Positions 1 through 10,438 of a stretch of 64,000 nt of DNA are shown piece after piece. A model generated the notes under the pieces. It did not search any database. It was given only the letters and a program-made list of their open reading frames with translations, and had not been told where the DNA came from. Location: the NCBI GenBank assembly GCA_027294455.1, contig JAPULZ010000056.1, positions 27,854-91,853 on the forward strand, given 5' to 3'. Within the stretch, counting starts at the first letter, position 1, and each line of letters begins with the position of its first letter. The position numbers were made by a program, and so were the translations under genes. Source of the stretch: Gemmatimonadota bacterium (GTDB lineage: Bacteria; Gemmatimonadota; Gemmatimonadetes; Gemmatimonadales; GWC2-71-9).

Positions 1-1
1 G

Positions 2-64
2 ACGCTCAAGACCCTGCGGCACCGCGGATTCATCGATCGGGTGCTGGGACGCGAGATCGATTAG
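2..64 (+). CDS. 3' end of an upstream CDS running off the window edge (…TLKTLRHRGFIDRVLGREID*), function unknown
   Basis: The frame is open from the window edge to TAG at 62-64. There is no other support. Confidence 0.2.
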   Translation, partial: TLKTLRHRGFIDRVLGREID

Positions 65-310
65 ACTCTGGCAGGGTCCTCTGACCAAGCAGCGGCGTCG
101 GATGATCCGCCAGCGTGACCTACGACACCTGATCGCAGTCCAGCGCGCCGATCGCGGCCTCGAACGACGCTCGATCGGGAGATGTCGCTTCGTCCCGCTG
201 GTCTCACGCCACGCGTTTCACGGCTGAGCGGCGGCGTTACTTCTCCCTGGCTCGCCCAGTGGTTATTTTTCCATCTCCCAAAACCAGATTCCGTTAGCCA
301 TAGGCAACCC

Positions 311-1912
311 ATGACAGCCCAAACATATACGGACACTGCATCCGGGTTGGCGCCCGGCCTGGACCCGCGCGAGGCCGTCTCGCGCAATCTGTCGGCGCCT
401 TCGCTGTACGAGGCCGCCATTCGCGCCGGAGAAGGACAGGTCGTACAAGCCGGCCCGTTTTGCGCCATCACTACCCCCCACACCGGACGGTCACCCAAGG
501 ACAAGTTCGTCGTGCGTGAACCAAGCACCGCCGACGACATATGGTGGGGCCCGGTCAACCAACCGATGTCTCCCGAGCACTGGGACGCGCTGCACGCTGA
601 CGTGCTGGCGCACCTCGCCGCGGTGCCGCTGCAAGTGCAAGATCTCTTCGCGGGCGCCGATCGCCCCGTCCGGGTGCCGGTGCGCTTCATCACGCCCAAC
701 GCGTGGCACGCGCTGTTTGTCCAGAATATGTTCATCCAGCCGCGGCCTGAGGAACTCGCCGATTTCGAACCGGGATTCACGGTGCTCCACGCGCCCGAAA
801 TGCAGGCCGATCCCAACCGGCACGGAACCAACAGCGGAACCTTCATCGTCATCAATTTCACCAAGCGCACGGTGTTGATCGGTGGCACGCGATACGCTGG
901 TGAACTGAAAAAGTCGATGTTTACGATCTTGAACTATGTGTATCCTAAGCAAGACATCTTGCCGATGCACTGCTCGGCCAACGTGGGCGATGCCGGCGAC
1001 GTGGCCATTTTCTTCGGGCTGTCGGGAACCGGCAAGACGACACTGTCGGCCGACCCGACACGCGGGTTGATTGGCGACGACGAGCATGGATGGAGCGACA
1101 ACGGCGTCTTCAACTTCGAGGGTGGATGCTACGCAAAAGTGATCCGCCTGTCGCGAGACAGCGAGCCCGAGATCTACGCCACGACGGAAAGATTCGGCAC
1201 CATTCTGGAGAACGTTGTCGTCGACCCCGGTTCCCGTTCCATCGATTTGGACGATGACTCGATCACCGAAAACACCCGCGCATCCTACCCCATCGACTTC
1301 ATTCCCAACCATGTGGTGAGTGGCTGCGCGGGCAATCCCGAGAACGTCATTTTCTTGACGGCCGATGCCTTCGGAGTGCTCCCGCCCATCAGCCGGCTCT
1401 CCCCGGACCAGGCGATGTACCATTTCCTGTCCGGCTACACCGCGAAGGTCGCCGGCACCGAGCGTGGTGTCACCGAGCCGCAAGCCACCTTCAGCGCATG
1501 TTTCGGCGCTCCGTTCCTTCCCTTCCCCCCAAGGGTATACGCCGAGATGCTCGGCCAACGACTCGAGAAACACGGTGCCGCCTGCTGGTTGGTGAACACC
1601 GGCTGGACCGGTGGGGCGTACGCGACCGGCCAGCGAATGTCCCTCGCCCACACGCGGGCCATCGTTCGCGCAGCGGTGGACGGCAGCCTGGCCAACGCCG
1701 CGACCCGCCCCGACCCGGTGTTCGGGCTCGAGGTTCCGACGGCGGTCCCGGGCGTTCCCGATGACGTCCTGATTCCGCGTGCTACCTGGAGCGACCAAGC
1801 CGCGTACGACGCACAGGCCGCGAAGCTCGCCAAGATGTTCCGCGACAATTTCGAACAATTCGCCGAGCAGGTATCGGACGGAGTACGGCAAGCCGGGCCG
1901 AGCATCCCGTAG
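311..1912 (+). CDS. pckA: Phosphoenolpyruvate carboxykinase (ATP)
   Basis: Part of track ORF 182..1912. Kinase-1a motif [11 protein letters not shown], plus the conserved blocks TGRSPKDKF and [11 protein letters not shown] start at ATG 311 (MTAQTY…), because the residues upstream are Arg/Pro-rich and look non-coding. Confidence 0.95.
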   Translation: MTAQTYTDTASGLAPGLDPREAVSRNLSAPSLYEAAIRAGEGQVVQAGPFCAITTPHTGRSPKDKFVVREPSTADDIWWGPVNQPMSPEHWDALHADVLAHLAAVPLQVQDLFAGADRPVRVPVRFITPNAWHALFVQNMFIQPRPEELADFEPGFTVLHAPEMQADPNRHGTNSGTFIVINFTKRTVLIGGTRYAGELKKSMFTILNYVYPKQDILPMHCSANVGDAGDVAIFFGLSGTGKTTLSADPTRGLIGDDEHGWSDNGVFNFEGGCYAKVIRLSRDSEPEIYATTERFGTILENVVVDPGSRSIDLDDDSITENTRASYPIDFIPNHVVSGCAGNPENVIFLTADAFGVLPPISRLSPDQAMYHFLSGYTAKVAGTERGVTEPQATFSACFGAPFLPFPPRVYAEMLGQRLEKHGAACWLVNTGWTGGAYATGQRMSLAHTRAIVRAAVDGSLANAATRPDPVFGLEVPTAVPGVPDDVLIPRATWSDQAAYDAQAAKLAKMFRDNFEQFAEQVSDGVRQAGPSIP

Positions 1913-1913
1913 C

Positions 1914-3206
1914 ATGAGCCCACCCGGTGGTTTCAAGGTCATCCGCGATCCGCTGTGGAACAACATCGAGATAGAGGCCGAAGCGCTGGCGGTGCTCGAC
2001 ACCGAACCGTTCCAGCGCCTTCGGTATATCCGGCAGCTGGGGCATGCCTTCCTGGTCTATCCCACCGCCAATCACACGCGATTCGAGCACGCGGTCGGGA
2101 CGTATCACCTGGCCCGGCGGGCGTTGGGCCTGCTCGCTGATCACCACCAGTTGGAGAACGTCCCGCCAGACGATCCCGCCTTGGTGCGCCTGGCTTGCCT
2201 GGTGCACGACATCGGACACTACCCGTTTTCCCACGCGCTCGAGGAAGCGGGATTGCCGTCACACGAGGAACTCGCCCAGCGCCACTTTCAACACCCCGAG
2301 CTGCGCGACGCACTCGAGGCGACGGGGCTGCGAGACGTCGCCGGACGTCTCCGCGCCTTGATCGCGGGAAGGGGCGGCAGCCCGCTCCAAGGACTCATTT
2401 CCGGCTCGCTCGATCTCGACAAACTCGAGTACTTGACCCGGGATGCGCGGATGTGCGGTGTGCCCTATGGGACGGTCGATGTGGACCGGCTGCTGCAAGC
2501 GCTGGCGGTGGTACCCGCCGCCGATGGCACGTGGACCGTGGGCATTCGCGAAAAAGGCATGAGCGCGCTGGAATCCCTGCTCTTCGCGCGCTACCAAATG
2601 TACCGCAACGTGTACTGGCACCACGCGGTCCGGAGCGCCACCGCGATGTTCAAGCGGGCGGTGCGGAATGCCATCGCGCGCGGACACCTCACGGTGGACG
2701 CCATCGCCGACAGCGCGGATGAGGAACTCATGCAAACCCTACGCGCCCTGGACGACGACACGCTGGCCCGACGGCTCCGTCGCCGACACTTGTACAAGAG
2801 GGTGGTGGACATCGCGGGAGAGGACGTTCCGGCCGGGGCCGGCGATTGGGTGGCCGAGAACCCCGATCTCGTCGAACGCGTGGAAGACGTGCTTGCGCGC
2901 GAGCTCGCGTTGCAGCCGGGCGAGCTACTGCTGGATTTTCCCACCAAGGCGAAGATGTTGGACGTCGACATGCCGTTGCTGAAGAAGGACGGCACCGTGT
3001 TGCCATTGGGGACGTCGCCTGGGTCGGAACAGTTGGGGATTCAGCGCGTGGCCAACGAGCTGCATGCGCGGGCGCGCCGGCTCCGCGTCTTTGCGGCGGA
3101 GCCGCGGTCCATCGCGCCGGCGGCGGTCATCGAACTCGTGGAACGCAAAAAAAACGAGGTCGAAAGCGAGCTCGAACGCAACCAATTCCTGATCCGCCGC
3201 GGTTAG
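1914..3206 (+). CDS. HD-domain phosphohydrolase (dNTP triphosphohydrolase/SAMHD1-like family)
   Basis: RFEHAVGTYHLA and VHDIGHYPFSH form the H…HD…D metal motif. The N-terminus IRDPLWNNIEI is typical of this family. ATG 1914 lies 2 nt after the pckA stop. Confidence 0.85.
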   Translation: MSPPGGFKVIRDPLWNNIEIEAEALAVLDTEPFQRLRYIRQLGHAFLVYPTANHTRFEHAVGTYHLARRALGLLADHHQLENVPPDDPALVRLACLVHDIGHYPFSHALEEAGLPSHEELAQRHFQHPELRDALEATGLRDVAGRLRALIAGRGGSPLQGLISGSLDLDKLEYLTRDARMCGVPYGTVDVDRLLQALAVVPAADGTWTVGIREKGMSALESLLFARYQMYRNVYWHHAVRSATAMFKRAVRNAIARGHLTVDAIADSADEELMQTLRALDDDTLARRLRRRHLYKRVVDIAGEDVPAGAGDWVAENPDLVERVEDVLARELALQPGELLLDFPTKAKMLDVDMPLLKKDGTVLPLGTSPGSEQLGIQRVANELHARARRLRVFAAEPRSIAPAAVIELVERKKNEVESELERNQFLIRRG

Positions 3207-3400
3207 GCGTCTGGTGGGTCGTCGCGAGGCGTTCCCCCGGCCTCCGCGAGGAGTTTGGCCAAGGTCCGATAGTAGGATGAATCCTCACTTCGTCCCGCAT
3301 CGTCCATCGCGGTGGCGCAGACCTCGAGAGCATACAGGAGGGGGCCCATGTGCTCCGCGGCAACCTCGCCCACGGCTTGCGGGTTCGGCCCCTCCGTCAC
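3203..3400 (-). CDS. Small hypothetical protein (65 aa) downstream of the PP2C gene
   Basis: The composition is acidic and not Arg-rich, and third-position GC is fairly high. It starts 18 nt after the PP2C stop on the same strand. I recognise no family. Confidence 0.35.
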   Translation of the reverse strand: MTEGPNPQAVGEVAAEHMGPLLYALEVCATAMDDAGRSEDSSYYRTLAKLLAEAGGTPRDDPPDA

Positions 3401-3418
3401 ATCCCTCGCCCGCCGTGC

Positions 3419-4177
3419 CTACACTTTGCCATCGTTCGATCCGTCGACGCGGATCACGATCACGGTGACATTGTCCAGCCCTCCGCGGCGGTTCGCTTCG
3501 TCGACGAGTTCGTCGGCGAGCTGTTGGGGTTCCAGGTTCCGCAATATCATGCGGTGAAGATCTTCGTCCTCGATCATGCCGGTGAGGCCGTCGGAGGCCA
3601 GCAGGTAGAGGTCGCCCACCCGAAGCGTCCCCGAATAGACATCCGGCGCGACATCGACATTGGCGCCGACGCAGCGCGTGATCACGTTGCTGTACGGATG
3701 CGTGCGGGCTTCTTCCGGACTCAAGTACCCGGCATCCACCTGTTCTTGCACGTAGGAGTGGTCTTTGGTGATTTGGGTCAGCGTGCCGTCCCGAAACACG
3801 TAACCGCGACTATCGCCAACCTGGCCGATGAGATAGTGCTGGCCGAGGAGCACCATCGCGGTCGCCGTGGTGCCCATGCCCCGCTTGTCTTGCTCACTCA
3901 GCGTTCGCTCGAAGATCGCCGAGTTGGCCTGCATGATGGAACTCCTCACGCGCTCGGCGGCCGTCGCGTCGGTTTCGTTGGAGAGGTCGCCGAGTTCGCG
4001 CGCGATGATCCGCACCGCCATCTCGCTCGCCACCTCGCCAGCCGCGTGTCCCCCCATGCCGTCGGCCACGATGTACACGCCGCGATCGGGGACCATGAGG
4101 TAGTTATCCTCGTTGCCCGAACGGATGACACCGACGTCGGTGCGGCCGGCATGGGTAATCGTGAAGGACTGGGACAA
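3419..4177 (-). CDS. PP2C-family Ser/Thr protein phosphatase
   Basis: TDVGVIRSGNEDN, ADGMGGH and DNVTVIVI are PP2C motifs. I prefer the TTG start at 4177. It lies 1 nt after the FHA gene's TGA and is preceded by GGAGGGG. The track ATG at 4234 would overlap the FHA gene by 56 nt. Confidence 0.9.
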   Translation of the reverse strand: MSQSFTITHAGRTDVGVIRSGNEDNYLMVPDRGVYIVADGMGGHAAGEVASEMAVRIIARELGDLSNETDATAAERVRSSIMQANSAIFERTLSEQDKRGMGTTATAMVLLGQHYLIGQVGDSRGYVFRDGTLTQITKDHSYVQEQVDAGYLSPEEARTHPYSNVITRCVGANVDVAPDVYSGTLRVGDLYLLASDGLTGMIEDEDLHRMILRNLEPQQLADELVDEANRRGGLDNVTVIVIRVDGSNDGKV

Positions 4178-4178
4178 A

Positions 4179-5519
4179 TCAGTCCCCTCCTGGAGGGGGG
4201 TCCTTGATGGCACCGAGGAGTTGCGTTCCCCCACCCGGCTGGGCCGAATCGTCTTTCGTAGAATCGAACACGACGCTGACGTCTCCGAATCGCAGCAGCG
4301 CGCCGGGCGCCACCGGCGCCTCCCCCAACACCCGTTCCCCGTCGAGGAAGCTTCCGTTCGTCGAGTCGAGGTCCACCAGAATCCAGACGCCCTCTCGCAA
4401 CTGGATCTTGCAGTGTGCGGACGAGACGCTGGAGTCCGGAATCACGATGTCGTTGTAATCGGCGCGACCTACGTTGACGACGGGAAAACGGATCTGAAAC
4501 CGATGACCCTTGAGCTGACCGCTCCGGACCAGCAGCATGGCCAGCGAGGCCCCCGGGACGGCGGGCTCGGGCGGGGTTGCCGGTGGCGGGGCGGGGGCCG
4601 GCGACGCCGGGGGCAGGCCTCCGGGAATGCCGTGCAACGTGTCCCCCAGGCGATACGCCGCGCCGGGCGCCGCCTGGGCCGTGCCGGGCGCGGGCGGAGA
4701 TGGCGGGGCGGCAGGCGGCTCGGAGGGCAGGCTCGGCGGCAGTCCGTGCATGGTGTCGCCGAGCTTGTAGGCCGATCCCGCCGCCGGCACGGGGGCAGGC
4801 GGCTCGGCCTCCGGTGGGGCCTCGGGCGCCGCTGCCGGCTCCGGCGCCGGCTGGGGGGCCGAGTCGGCGTAGAACCGAAACTCGTCGTCACCCACCCGAA
4901 GCACGTCCGCTCGCGCCAGCAGACGTTCGCCCGCCACCCGCTCGCCGTTGACGAACACCCCGTTCGAGCTCATGTCGATGATGACGTAACCCTTGGGTGT
5001 GGCGAGAATCTCGGCGTGGCGCCGGGAGACGCGCTTCTTGGCAATCACCACGTCGCAGCTGGCCTCTCGACCGATCACGAGAGACGTGCCTTCGATCATA
5101 TATTCGCGACCGTCGGTCAGGCTGACCAACCGGCCGCCCGTTCCGGTGGTGGCGACGCGCTGCCTCCCGGCCTTGGGTTTCACCGCCTGGAGCTCGGCGA
5201 TTTCGGCAACCGTCACGAACTGGGTACTGCCGCTGCGCCGTTCATCGACGAAGGTCAGCTCGCGCTCCCCGACCTTAATCTTGTCGCCGTGGAGCAGCGG
5301 TGCCGGCTGGGGGCCCATGGGAACCCCGTTGATGAGAACCGGGGCTTCCTCGCTCACCCGCCGAACCGATACCTGCCCGTCGGGAGCCGACACGACCACA
5401 GCGTGCTCGGGGAGAATCCCCGCGTCCTCGATAACGAGGAAGCTGGCTGGTCCGCTGCCGATGATTGCCTCGCCGGCAGGAACTTCATGCCGGTTCCCAT
5501 CGAGTTCCAGAAAGGACAT
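4179..5519 (-). CDS. Triple FHA-domain protein with a Pro-rich linker
   Basis: Three FHA-like segments are present (…IIGSG…H..V…NG…, …VIGRE…SRRHAEI…SSNGVFVNG…, …VGRA…SSAHCKI…STNGSFLDG…). A Pro/Ala-rich linker carries a duplicated Y[KR]LGDT[ML]HG motif. Confidence 0.9.
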   Translation of the reverse strand: MSFLELDGNRHEVPAGEAIIGSGPASFLVIEDAGILPEHAVVVSAPDGQVSVRRVSEEAPVLINGVPMGPQPAPLLHGDKIKVGERELTFVDERRSGSTQFVTVAEIAELQAVKPKAGRQRVATTGTGGRLVSLTDGREYMIEGTSLVIGREASCDVVIAKKRVSRRHAEILATPKGYVIIDMSSNGVFVNGERVAGERLLARADVLRVGDDEFRFYADSAPQPAPEPAAAPEAPPEAEPPAPVPAAGSAYKLGDTMHGLPPSLPSEPPAAPPSPPAPGTAQAAPGAAYRLGDTLHGIPGGLPPASPAPAPPPATPPEPAVPGASLAMLLVRSGQLKGHRFQIRFPVVNVGRADYNDIVIPDSSVSSAHCKIQLREGVWILVDLDSTNGSFLDGERVLGEAPVAPGALLRFGDVSVVFDSTKDDSAQPGGGTQLLGAIKDPPPGGD

Positions 5520-5647
5520 GAAATTTCGCTAACGATTCAGTATAGGTCGTAGGGTTTCCAAACTTAGTGGTGCCCTGGCTCTTGTGCAACCGATTCCCCT
5601 ACCCGGAATACCAACGCAAGTCCAACAACCACAATGGCTTCCCTCTA

Positions 5648-6754
5648 TCACGCCGCCGAACCTCCTTCCGAGGGCTCGACGACCGAGAGTTCCTCCCGCT
5701 CCTCCGCGCCCTTCAGCCAGCGCCAGAACACCACCGAGCCGAAAGCCACGGTGAGATACGACAGGATCAAGCGCCAGAGCAGGATGTAGGAGGGCGCGAG
5801 TTCGCGTGGCACGTAGACGGACATCACGGCAACCGAGAGGATCTCCGCCAACCCGGACCCACCCGGGGTCGGAGCGAAATACAGCAGGAACGTGATGAGT
5901 GTCTGGAGCAGCAGCACGTCGAAGAAATTCACCTGAATGTCGAGCATCCTCAGCACCACGTACCCGGCGAGGAGCTTGTTGGCATGCGCCAAGGCCGAGA
6001 CGGGAATGGCCGCCGCCAGCGCGGCCCACCCCCACCCCTTGAAGAACGCGACGAGGCACTCGTGGGACCGATCGATCCCGACCCGGATGGTCTGTACCCG
6101 ATCGGCCAGCCGCTGGCTCCCGCGGCGCTCAAACCATCCCACGAGGACTCGAGCCGTCTGCTTGCCAAGACTCGGGAACACGAACAGGACCAACATCACG
6201 AGTCCGATGCCGACGAACCCGCCGAGACTCAGCCGGAACAGATCGTACAGCGTGAAGCTTTGTCCCAGAATGCCGTGTTGTTCGAGGGAGCGTCCGGCGC
6301 CCATGAAAATCGCGAAAGGGCCGGCCAGACCGAAGAAGATGACCGTCGCGACAAAGGTCATCAAACTCGCGATCATGGCTTCGGGGATGGGCGTACCGTA
6401 CCGCTTGAGGGTGTAGATCATCATGGGACCGCCGCCCGTCTGCGACGGTGTCAGAAAGCTCGCCCATGCCGTCAGGCCCCCGGCGAGGATCGATCCCTTG
6501 AGCGACACGCTGGGATGTACGTGTCGCGTCAGGATCCACAGCCGCAACCCGCCCCCGAACCAGTCCAGCGAAGCCAAGGCGACGCCCACCAACAGCCACC
6601 CCCACTTCAGGGAGGTCATGGCGGCAAGAAACGAAGCGAAATTGTTCCCGTAAAACAGCAACCCTCCGAATACGAGCGCGGAGACGGCTGCGAAAATCTC
6701 GAGACCTCGTCTCAAGACGCGAGTGGAAACCAGGGTCGCCATCAGAGCAGGCAA
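5648..6754 (-). CDS. Flippase-like membrane protein (lysylphosphatidylglycerol-synthase TM-region family, UPF0104)
   Basis: Polytopic hydrophobic protein. The layout of the N-terminal and GG/LR-rich loops resembles PF03706-type proteins. Assigned by resemblance only. Confidence 0.65.
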   Translation of the reverse strand: MPALMATLVSTRVLRRGLEIFAAVSALVFGGLLFYGNNFASFLAAMTSLKWGWLLVGVALASLDWFGGGLRLWILTRHVHPSVSLKGSILAGGLTAWASFLTPSQTGGGPMMIYTLKRYGTPIPEAMIASLMTFVATVIFFGLAGPFAIFMGAGRSLEQHGILGQSFTLYDLFRLSLGGFVGIGLVMLVLFVFPSLGKQTARVLVGWFERRGSQRLADRVQTIRVGIDRSHECLVAFFKGWGWAALAAAIPVSALAHANKLLAGYVVLRMLDIQVNFFDVLLLQTLITFLLYFAPTPGGSGLAEILSVAVMSVYVPRELAPSYILLWRLILSYLTVAFGSVVFWRWLKGAEEREELSVVEPSEGGSAA

Positions 6755-6854
6755 GCTAGGGCAGCCTCACAGCGCGAGTCAACGACCACGCCGTGCGCCG
6801 GTCCTGGACGGGGCACGGCGCGGCGTGGTTTTCGGAGGCGATTACCTTCCGGCC

Positions 6855-9677
6855 ATGTCCGCCGACTCCATCGTGATCCGCAACGCCCAGCAGAACAATC
6901 TCAAGGGGATCACCGTCGAGATTCCGCGACGCCGGCTGACGGTGGTCACCGGACCGTCCGGCTCCGGGAAGAGCTCGCTGGCATTCGATACGTTGTACGC
7001 CGAGGGACAACGACGGTACGTGGAGTCGCTTTCCACGTACGCGAAGCAGTTCCTCGAACGCATGCCGAAACCGGCGGTGGATAGCCTCACCGGAATCTCG
7101 CCGGCCGTGGCCATCGAGCAGAAAAACCCCACGACCTCGAGCCGGTCCACCGTGGGAACCGCCACCGAATCGTACGATTACCTCCGGCTGCTGTGGGCCC
7201 GCATCGGGCGCCCCAATTGCGTAAAATGCGGCGGCGCCGTCGTCAAGGAAACCCAGTCCACGGCCGCCGGGGCGATCCTCAGTCAGTGCGCCGACCAGCA
7301 GGTACTGATCACCTTTGCGCCGCCCCGCTCAAACCGACCCGATCACGACCTCATCCTGGAAAACCTCCAGGCGATGGGATTCGTGCGCGTGCTGACGGGA
7401 GACGCGATCCGCCGCCTCGACGAGCTCCCGCCCGACGTGCGGCTCGACACGGCGAACGTCGCCGTGATCGTGGATCGCGTGAAGGCCGTGCCGGCCATGC
7501 GGGGGCGCATCGCCGATTCCCTGGCCCTCGCGTTCGCCGAGGGCGAAGGGCGTGCCGAGGTCATCGTGGGCGAGGGGCGACTCCGCTTTTCTCAGCGCCC
7601 CCGTTGCGAATCGTGTGGCCATCCCGGGACGTCGATTTCACCGAATCTGTTTTCGTTCAACAATCCCCGCGGAGCGTGCCCCGTCTGCAACGGCTTCGGC
7701 GCCGTACTCGAATATGACGAATCCTTGATTATTCCCAACCCCGCGCGCCCGCTCGGCGATGGCGCCATCGATCCTTGGACCAAGCCGCGGTACGTGGGCC
7801 GGCGCCGGCTGCTGCGGGAGGTGGCCACGCAGAAGAAGATCCCCTTCGATCGACCGTGGCTCGATCTGAGTACCGCCCACCGGCGACTCTTGTTGGAGGG
7901 AAAGACCGGACGTTTTCAGGGCGTGCTGCCGTTCCTGCGGGCCCTCGAACGCAAGCGATACAAGCAGTACATCCGGGTATTTCTCAGACGATACCAGAAA
8001 GCCTCCACGTGCCACGCATGCGGCGGGTCCCGGCTCCGCCCGGAGGCCGGGGCCGTGCGGATCGGCGATCGTTCGATCGCCGACGTCGGCGCCGGCACCG
8101 CCGGGGAGATTCTGGATTGGCTGGGCGGGCTGACGCTGACGTCATTCGAGCGTGGCGTGTCAGAGACCATCCTCAAGGAGTTGGTCGCCCGATTGACGTT
8201 CCTGCGGGATGTCGGCCTGGAATACCTGACCCTCGACCGCCAGACACGCACGCTGTCAAGCGGCGAGGCCCAACGCATCGCCCTCGCCAACGCCCTGGGC
8301 GCCCGACTCGTCGACACTCTCTACGTCCTCGACGAGCCCTCCATCGGGCTCCATCCGCGGGATATCGATCGGTTGCTCGGCCTGCTCGTCCGCCTCCGTG
8401 ACGCGGGCAATACGGTAGTGGTGGTCGAACACGACACCGCGGCCATGGCGGCCGCCGATCACATGGTCGAGCTCGGCCCCGCCGCCGGCGCGGACGGCGG
8501 CGAGCTCGTGTTTTCCGGACCGATGTCGGACGCGGCACGGGCCCCGACACTCACCGGCGACTATCTCTCCGGCAGGAAGTCCATCGGGGTGCCCAGCGCG
8601 CGCCGGCACGCCGGCCCCCGCTGGCTCCAATTGAGCGGCGCCACCCTGCACAACCTCCAGCACGTCGATGTCGCGTTCCCGCTGAACACCCTCACCGCCG
8701 TCACCGGAGTCTCCGGTTCGGGCAAGTCCACCCTGGTGCACGACGTTCTCTACCGCCAGCTGGCGCTGCGCCTCAAGGGTGAGCATGGGGCGAAGGAACA
8801 TTTGGGGGAGGCGGTGGGATCGGTGGCGTCGCTCACCGGATGGGAGGCGTTGTCCGACGTGGTGCTGATCGATCAGTCTCCCATCGGCCGCACCCCGCGC
8901 TCCAACCCCATCACCTACGTGAAGGCCTTCGACGACATCCGACGGCTCTTCGCCAGCCAACCGCTCGCTCAAGCCCGGGGGTATTCGCCCACGACGTTCA
9001 GCTTCAACGCGGCGCAAGGCGGACGGTGCACGTCGTGCGAAGGCGCAGGCCACGTGCAAATCGAGATGGTGTTCCTCGCCGACATCTTCGCGCCGTGCGA
9101 CGCGTGCGGGGGAACGAGGTTCGAGCGGGAGGTCCTCGATGTCCGGATCAAGGGTTTATCGGTGCACGATGTGCTGCAACTGACCGTCGACGAGACCATG
9201 CAGCGCTTCCGCCACCAGGGAAAGCTGGGCAAGACCTTGTGGCATCTCCAGCAGGTCGGTTTGGGATACCTGCGATTGGGACAGCCTGCCACGACCCTGT
9301 CGGGCGGTGAGGCACAGCGGCTCAAGATCGCGCGCCAACTCGCCGGCGTGGCTCGGAAGACCGACCGCCGTCTATACATTCTGGACGAGCCGACCACCGG
9401 GCTCCACGTCGACGACGTGCGCACGTTGCTCCGCGTGCTGGACCGTCTCGTCGACTCCGGCCACACGGTGATAGTCATCGAGCACGATCTCGACGTCATC
9501 AAGCGCGCGGATTGGGTGGTCGACCTGGGGCCCGAAGGCGGGGAGGGCGGCGGCCGCGTCGTGGCGCAGGGCACGCCGGAACAGGTTGCACAAACCGGCA
9601 CGCACACCGGGCGCTACCTGGATGGGGTGCTGCACGCAGTTTCCGACCATCCGCCGCGGCATGCGTTGACCTCCTAG
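6855..9677 (+). CDS. uvrA: Excinuclease ABC subunit A (UvrA family)
   Basis: Two ABC ATPase modules are present (GPSGSGKSSLAFDTLYAEGQRRY; GVSGSGKSTLV). There are LSGGEAQR signatures in both halves and Cys4 zinc modules. I start at ATG 6855 (MSADSIVIRNA…). Confidence 0.9.
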   Translation: MSADSIVIRNAQQNNLKGITVEIPRRRLTVVTGPSGSGKSSLAFDTLYAEGQRRYVESLSTYAKQFLERMPKPAVDSLTGISPAVAIEQKNPTTSSRSTVGTATESYDYLRLLWARIGRPNCVKCGGAVVKETQSTAAGAILSQCADQQVLITFAPPRSNRPDHDLILENLQAMGFVRVLTGDAIRRLDELPPDVRLDTANVAVIVDRVKAVPAMRGRIADSLALAFAEGEGRAEVIVGEGRLRFSQRPRCESCGHPGTSISPNLFSFNNPRGACPVCNGFGAVLEYDESLIIPNPARPLGDGAIDPWTKPRYVGRRRLLREVATQKKIPFDRPWLDLSTAHRRLLLEGKTGRFQGVLPFLRALERKRYKQYIRVFLRRYQKASTCHACGGSRLRPEAGAVRIGDRSIADVGAGTAGEILDWLGGLTLTSFERGVSETILKELVARLTFLRDVGLEYLTLDRQTRTLSSGEAQRIALANALGARLVDTLYVLDEPSIGLHPRDIDRLLGLLVRLRDAGNTVVVVEHDTAAMAAADHMVELGPAAGADGGELVFSGPMSDAARAPTLTGDYLSGRKSIGVPSARRHAGPRWLQLSGATLHNLQHVDVAFPLNTLTAVTGVSGSGKSTLVHDVLYRQLALRLKGEHGAKEHLGEAVGSVASLTGWEALSDVVLIDQSPIGRTPRSNPITYVKAFDDIRRLFASQPLAQARGYSPTTFSFNAAQGGRCTSCEGAGHVQIEMVFLADIFAPCDACGGTRFEREVLDVRIKGLSVHDVLQLTVDETMQRFRHQGKLGKTLWHLQQVGLGYLRLGQPATTLSGGEAQRLKIARQLAGVARKTDRRLYILDEPTTGLHVDDVRTLLRVLDRLVDSGHTVIVIEHDLDVIKRADWVVDLGPEGGEGGGRVVAQGTPEQVAQTGTHTGRYLDGVLHAVSDHPPRHALTS

Positions 9678-9732
9678 CACCCGGTCGGAGCCGATTAGTT
9701 GACCGATCACCACGTCATTACAATCTTAGACC

Positions 9733-10362
9733 ATGCGGCAATCATTCTGGGTACTCCTGCTATTGCTCTCGGCGCCGGCCGCGGCACAACGACCGATCAT
9801 CGTCGGCCCCACCTCTCCCGATTTCACCGCCCGCGCCGGTGACGTGCTGCAGATCATCGTGTGGGGACAGGAGGAATTTTCGGGCCTGTTCAAGGTCGGT
9901 GACGCCGGCCAGATTCAATACCCCGGGATCGGCGAGATCGAGGTCGCAGGACAGACCATGGAGACCATCACCGCCGAGGTGCGCCGGCGCCTGGGCCAGT
10001 TCTTCAACGCGCCGTTCGTGACGGTCAGTCTGCAATTCAGCATCGCCGTGCTCGGCGAGGTCCGGGGCGCCGGACTCTACCCGGTGGATCCCACCCTCAC
10101 GGTGCTGGACATCGTGGCGATGGCGGGCGGCCCAACCGAGAACGGCAACCTCAACAAGATCCGGTTGCTGCGGGCCGGGCAGACCATGGATCTGCGATTC
10201 GAGCCGGACGAGGTTGGGGGGCTCACGCTCCAGGCGATGGGCCTGCGCTCGGGCGACCAGGTGTATGTGACCCGCCGCGCCTTTACCCGGCAGGACTTGT
10301 ATACCCTGCTCGCCCTCGTCCAGATCGCCCTGACCACGGTGCTCCTGATCAACACGCTCTAG
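9733..10362 (+). CDS. Periplasmic polysaccharide export protein (Wza/Poly_export + SLBB-like)
   Basis: Signal peptide MRQSFWVLLLLLSAPAAAQ. GDVLQIIVWGQEEFSG…QIQYPGIGEIEVAG.T is the Poly_export motif, followed by an SLBB-like V.VLGEV..PG.Y segment. Confidence 0.8.
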   Translation: MRQSFWVLLLLLSAPAAAQRPIIVGPTSPDFTARAGDVLQIIVWGQEEFSGLFKVGDAGQIQYPGIGEIEVAGQTMETITAEVRRRLGQFFNAPFVTVSLQFSIAVLGEVRGAGLYPVDPTLTVLDIVAMAGGPTENGNLNKIRLLRAGQTMDLRFEPDEVGGLTLQAMGLRSGDQVYVTRRAFTRQDLYTLLALVQIALTTVLLINTL

Positions 10363-10438
10363 CCGGTCGCTTGAAAGTCGAGGGCGGCCTCGTTAGACTC
10401 GATTCCTCTAGCGGGCGCGTCGGCGTTCCGCGGGTCGA

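Noticed and set aside
491-2002. A long antisense ORF (503 aa) opposite pckA. Similar long shadow ORFs occur across the window, for example 5567-7084 (+), 8256-9059 (-), 14088-15347 (-), 30319-32664 (+), 37622-39541 (+), 42983-44245 (-), 59804-61630 (+) and 62680-63942 (+).
   Set aside because: All are Arg/Pro/Gly/His-rich and lack recognisable motifs. Each lies opposite to, or out of frame with, a gene that has strong family signatures. This is typical stop-codon-poor shadow ORF behaviour in high-GC DNA.
6855-9677. I asked whether this UvrA is a class II or drug-resistance-type paralog rather than the housekeeping enzyme.
   Set aside because: At 940 aa it has both ATPase modules, the zinc modules, and a segment in the position of the UvrB-binding domain. 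The linker regions differ from E. coli UvrA, but I cannot establish paralog status without the whole genome or a phylogeny.
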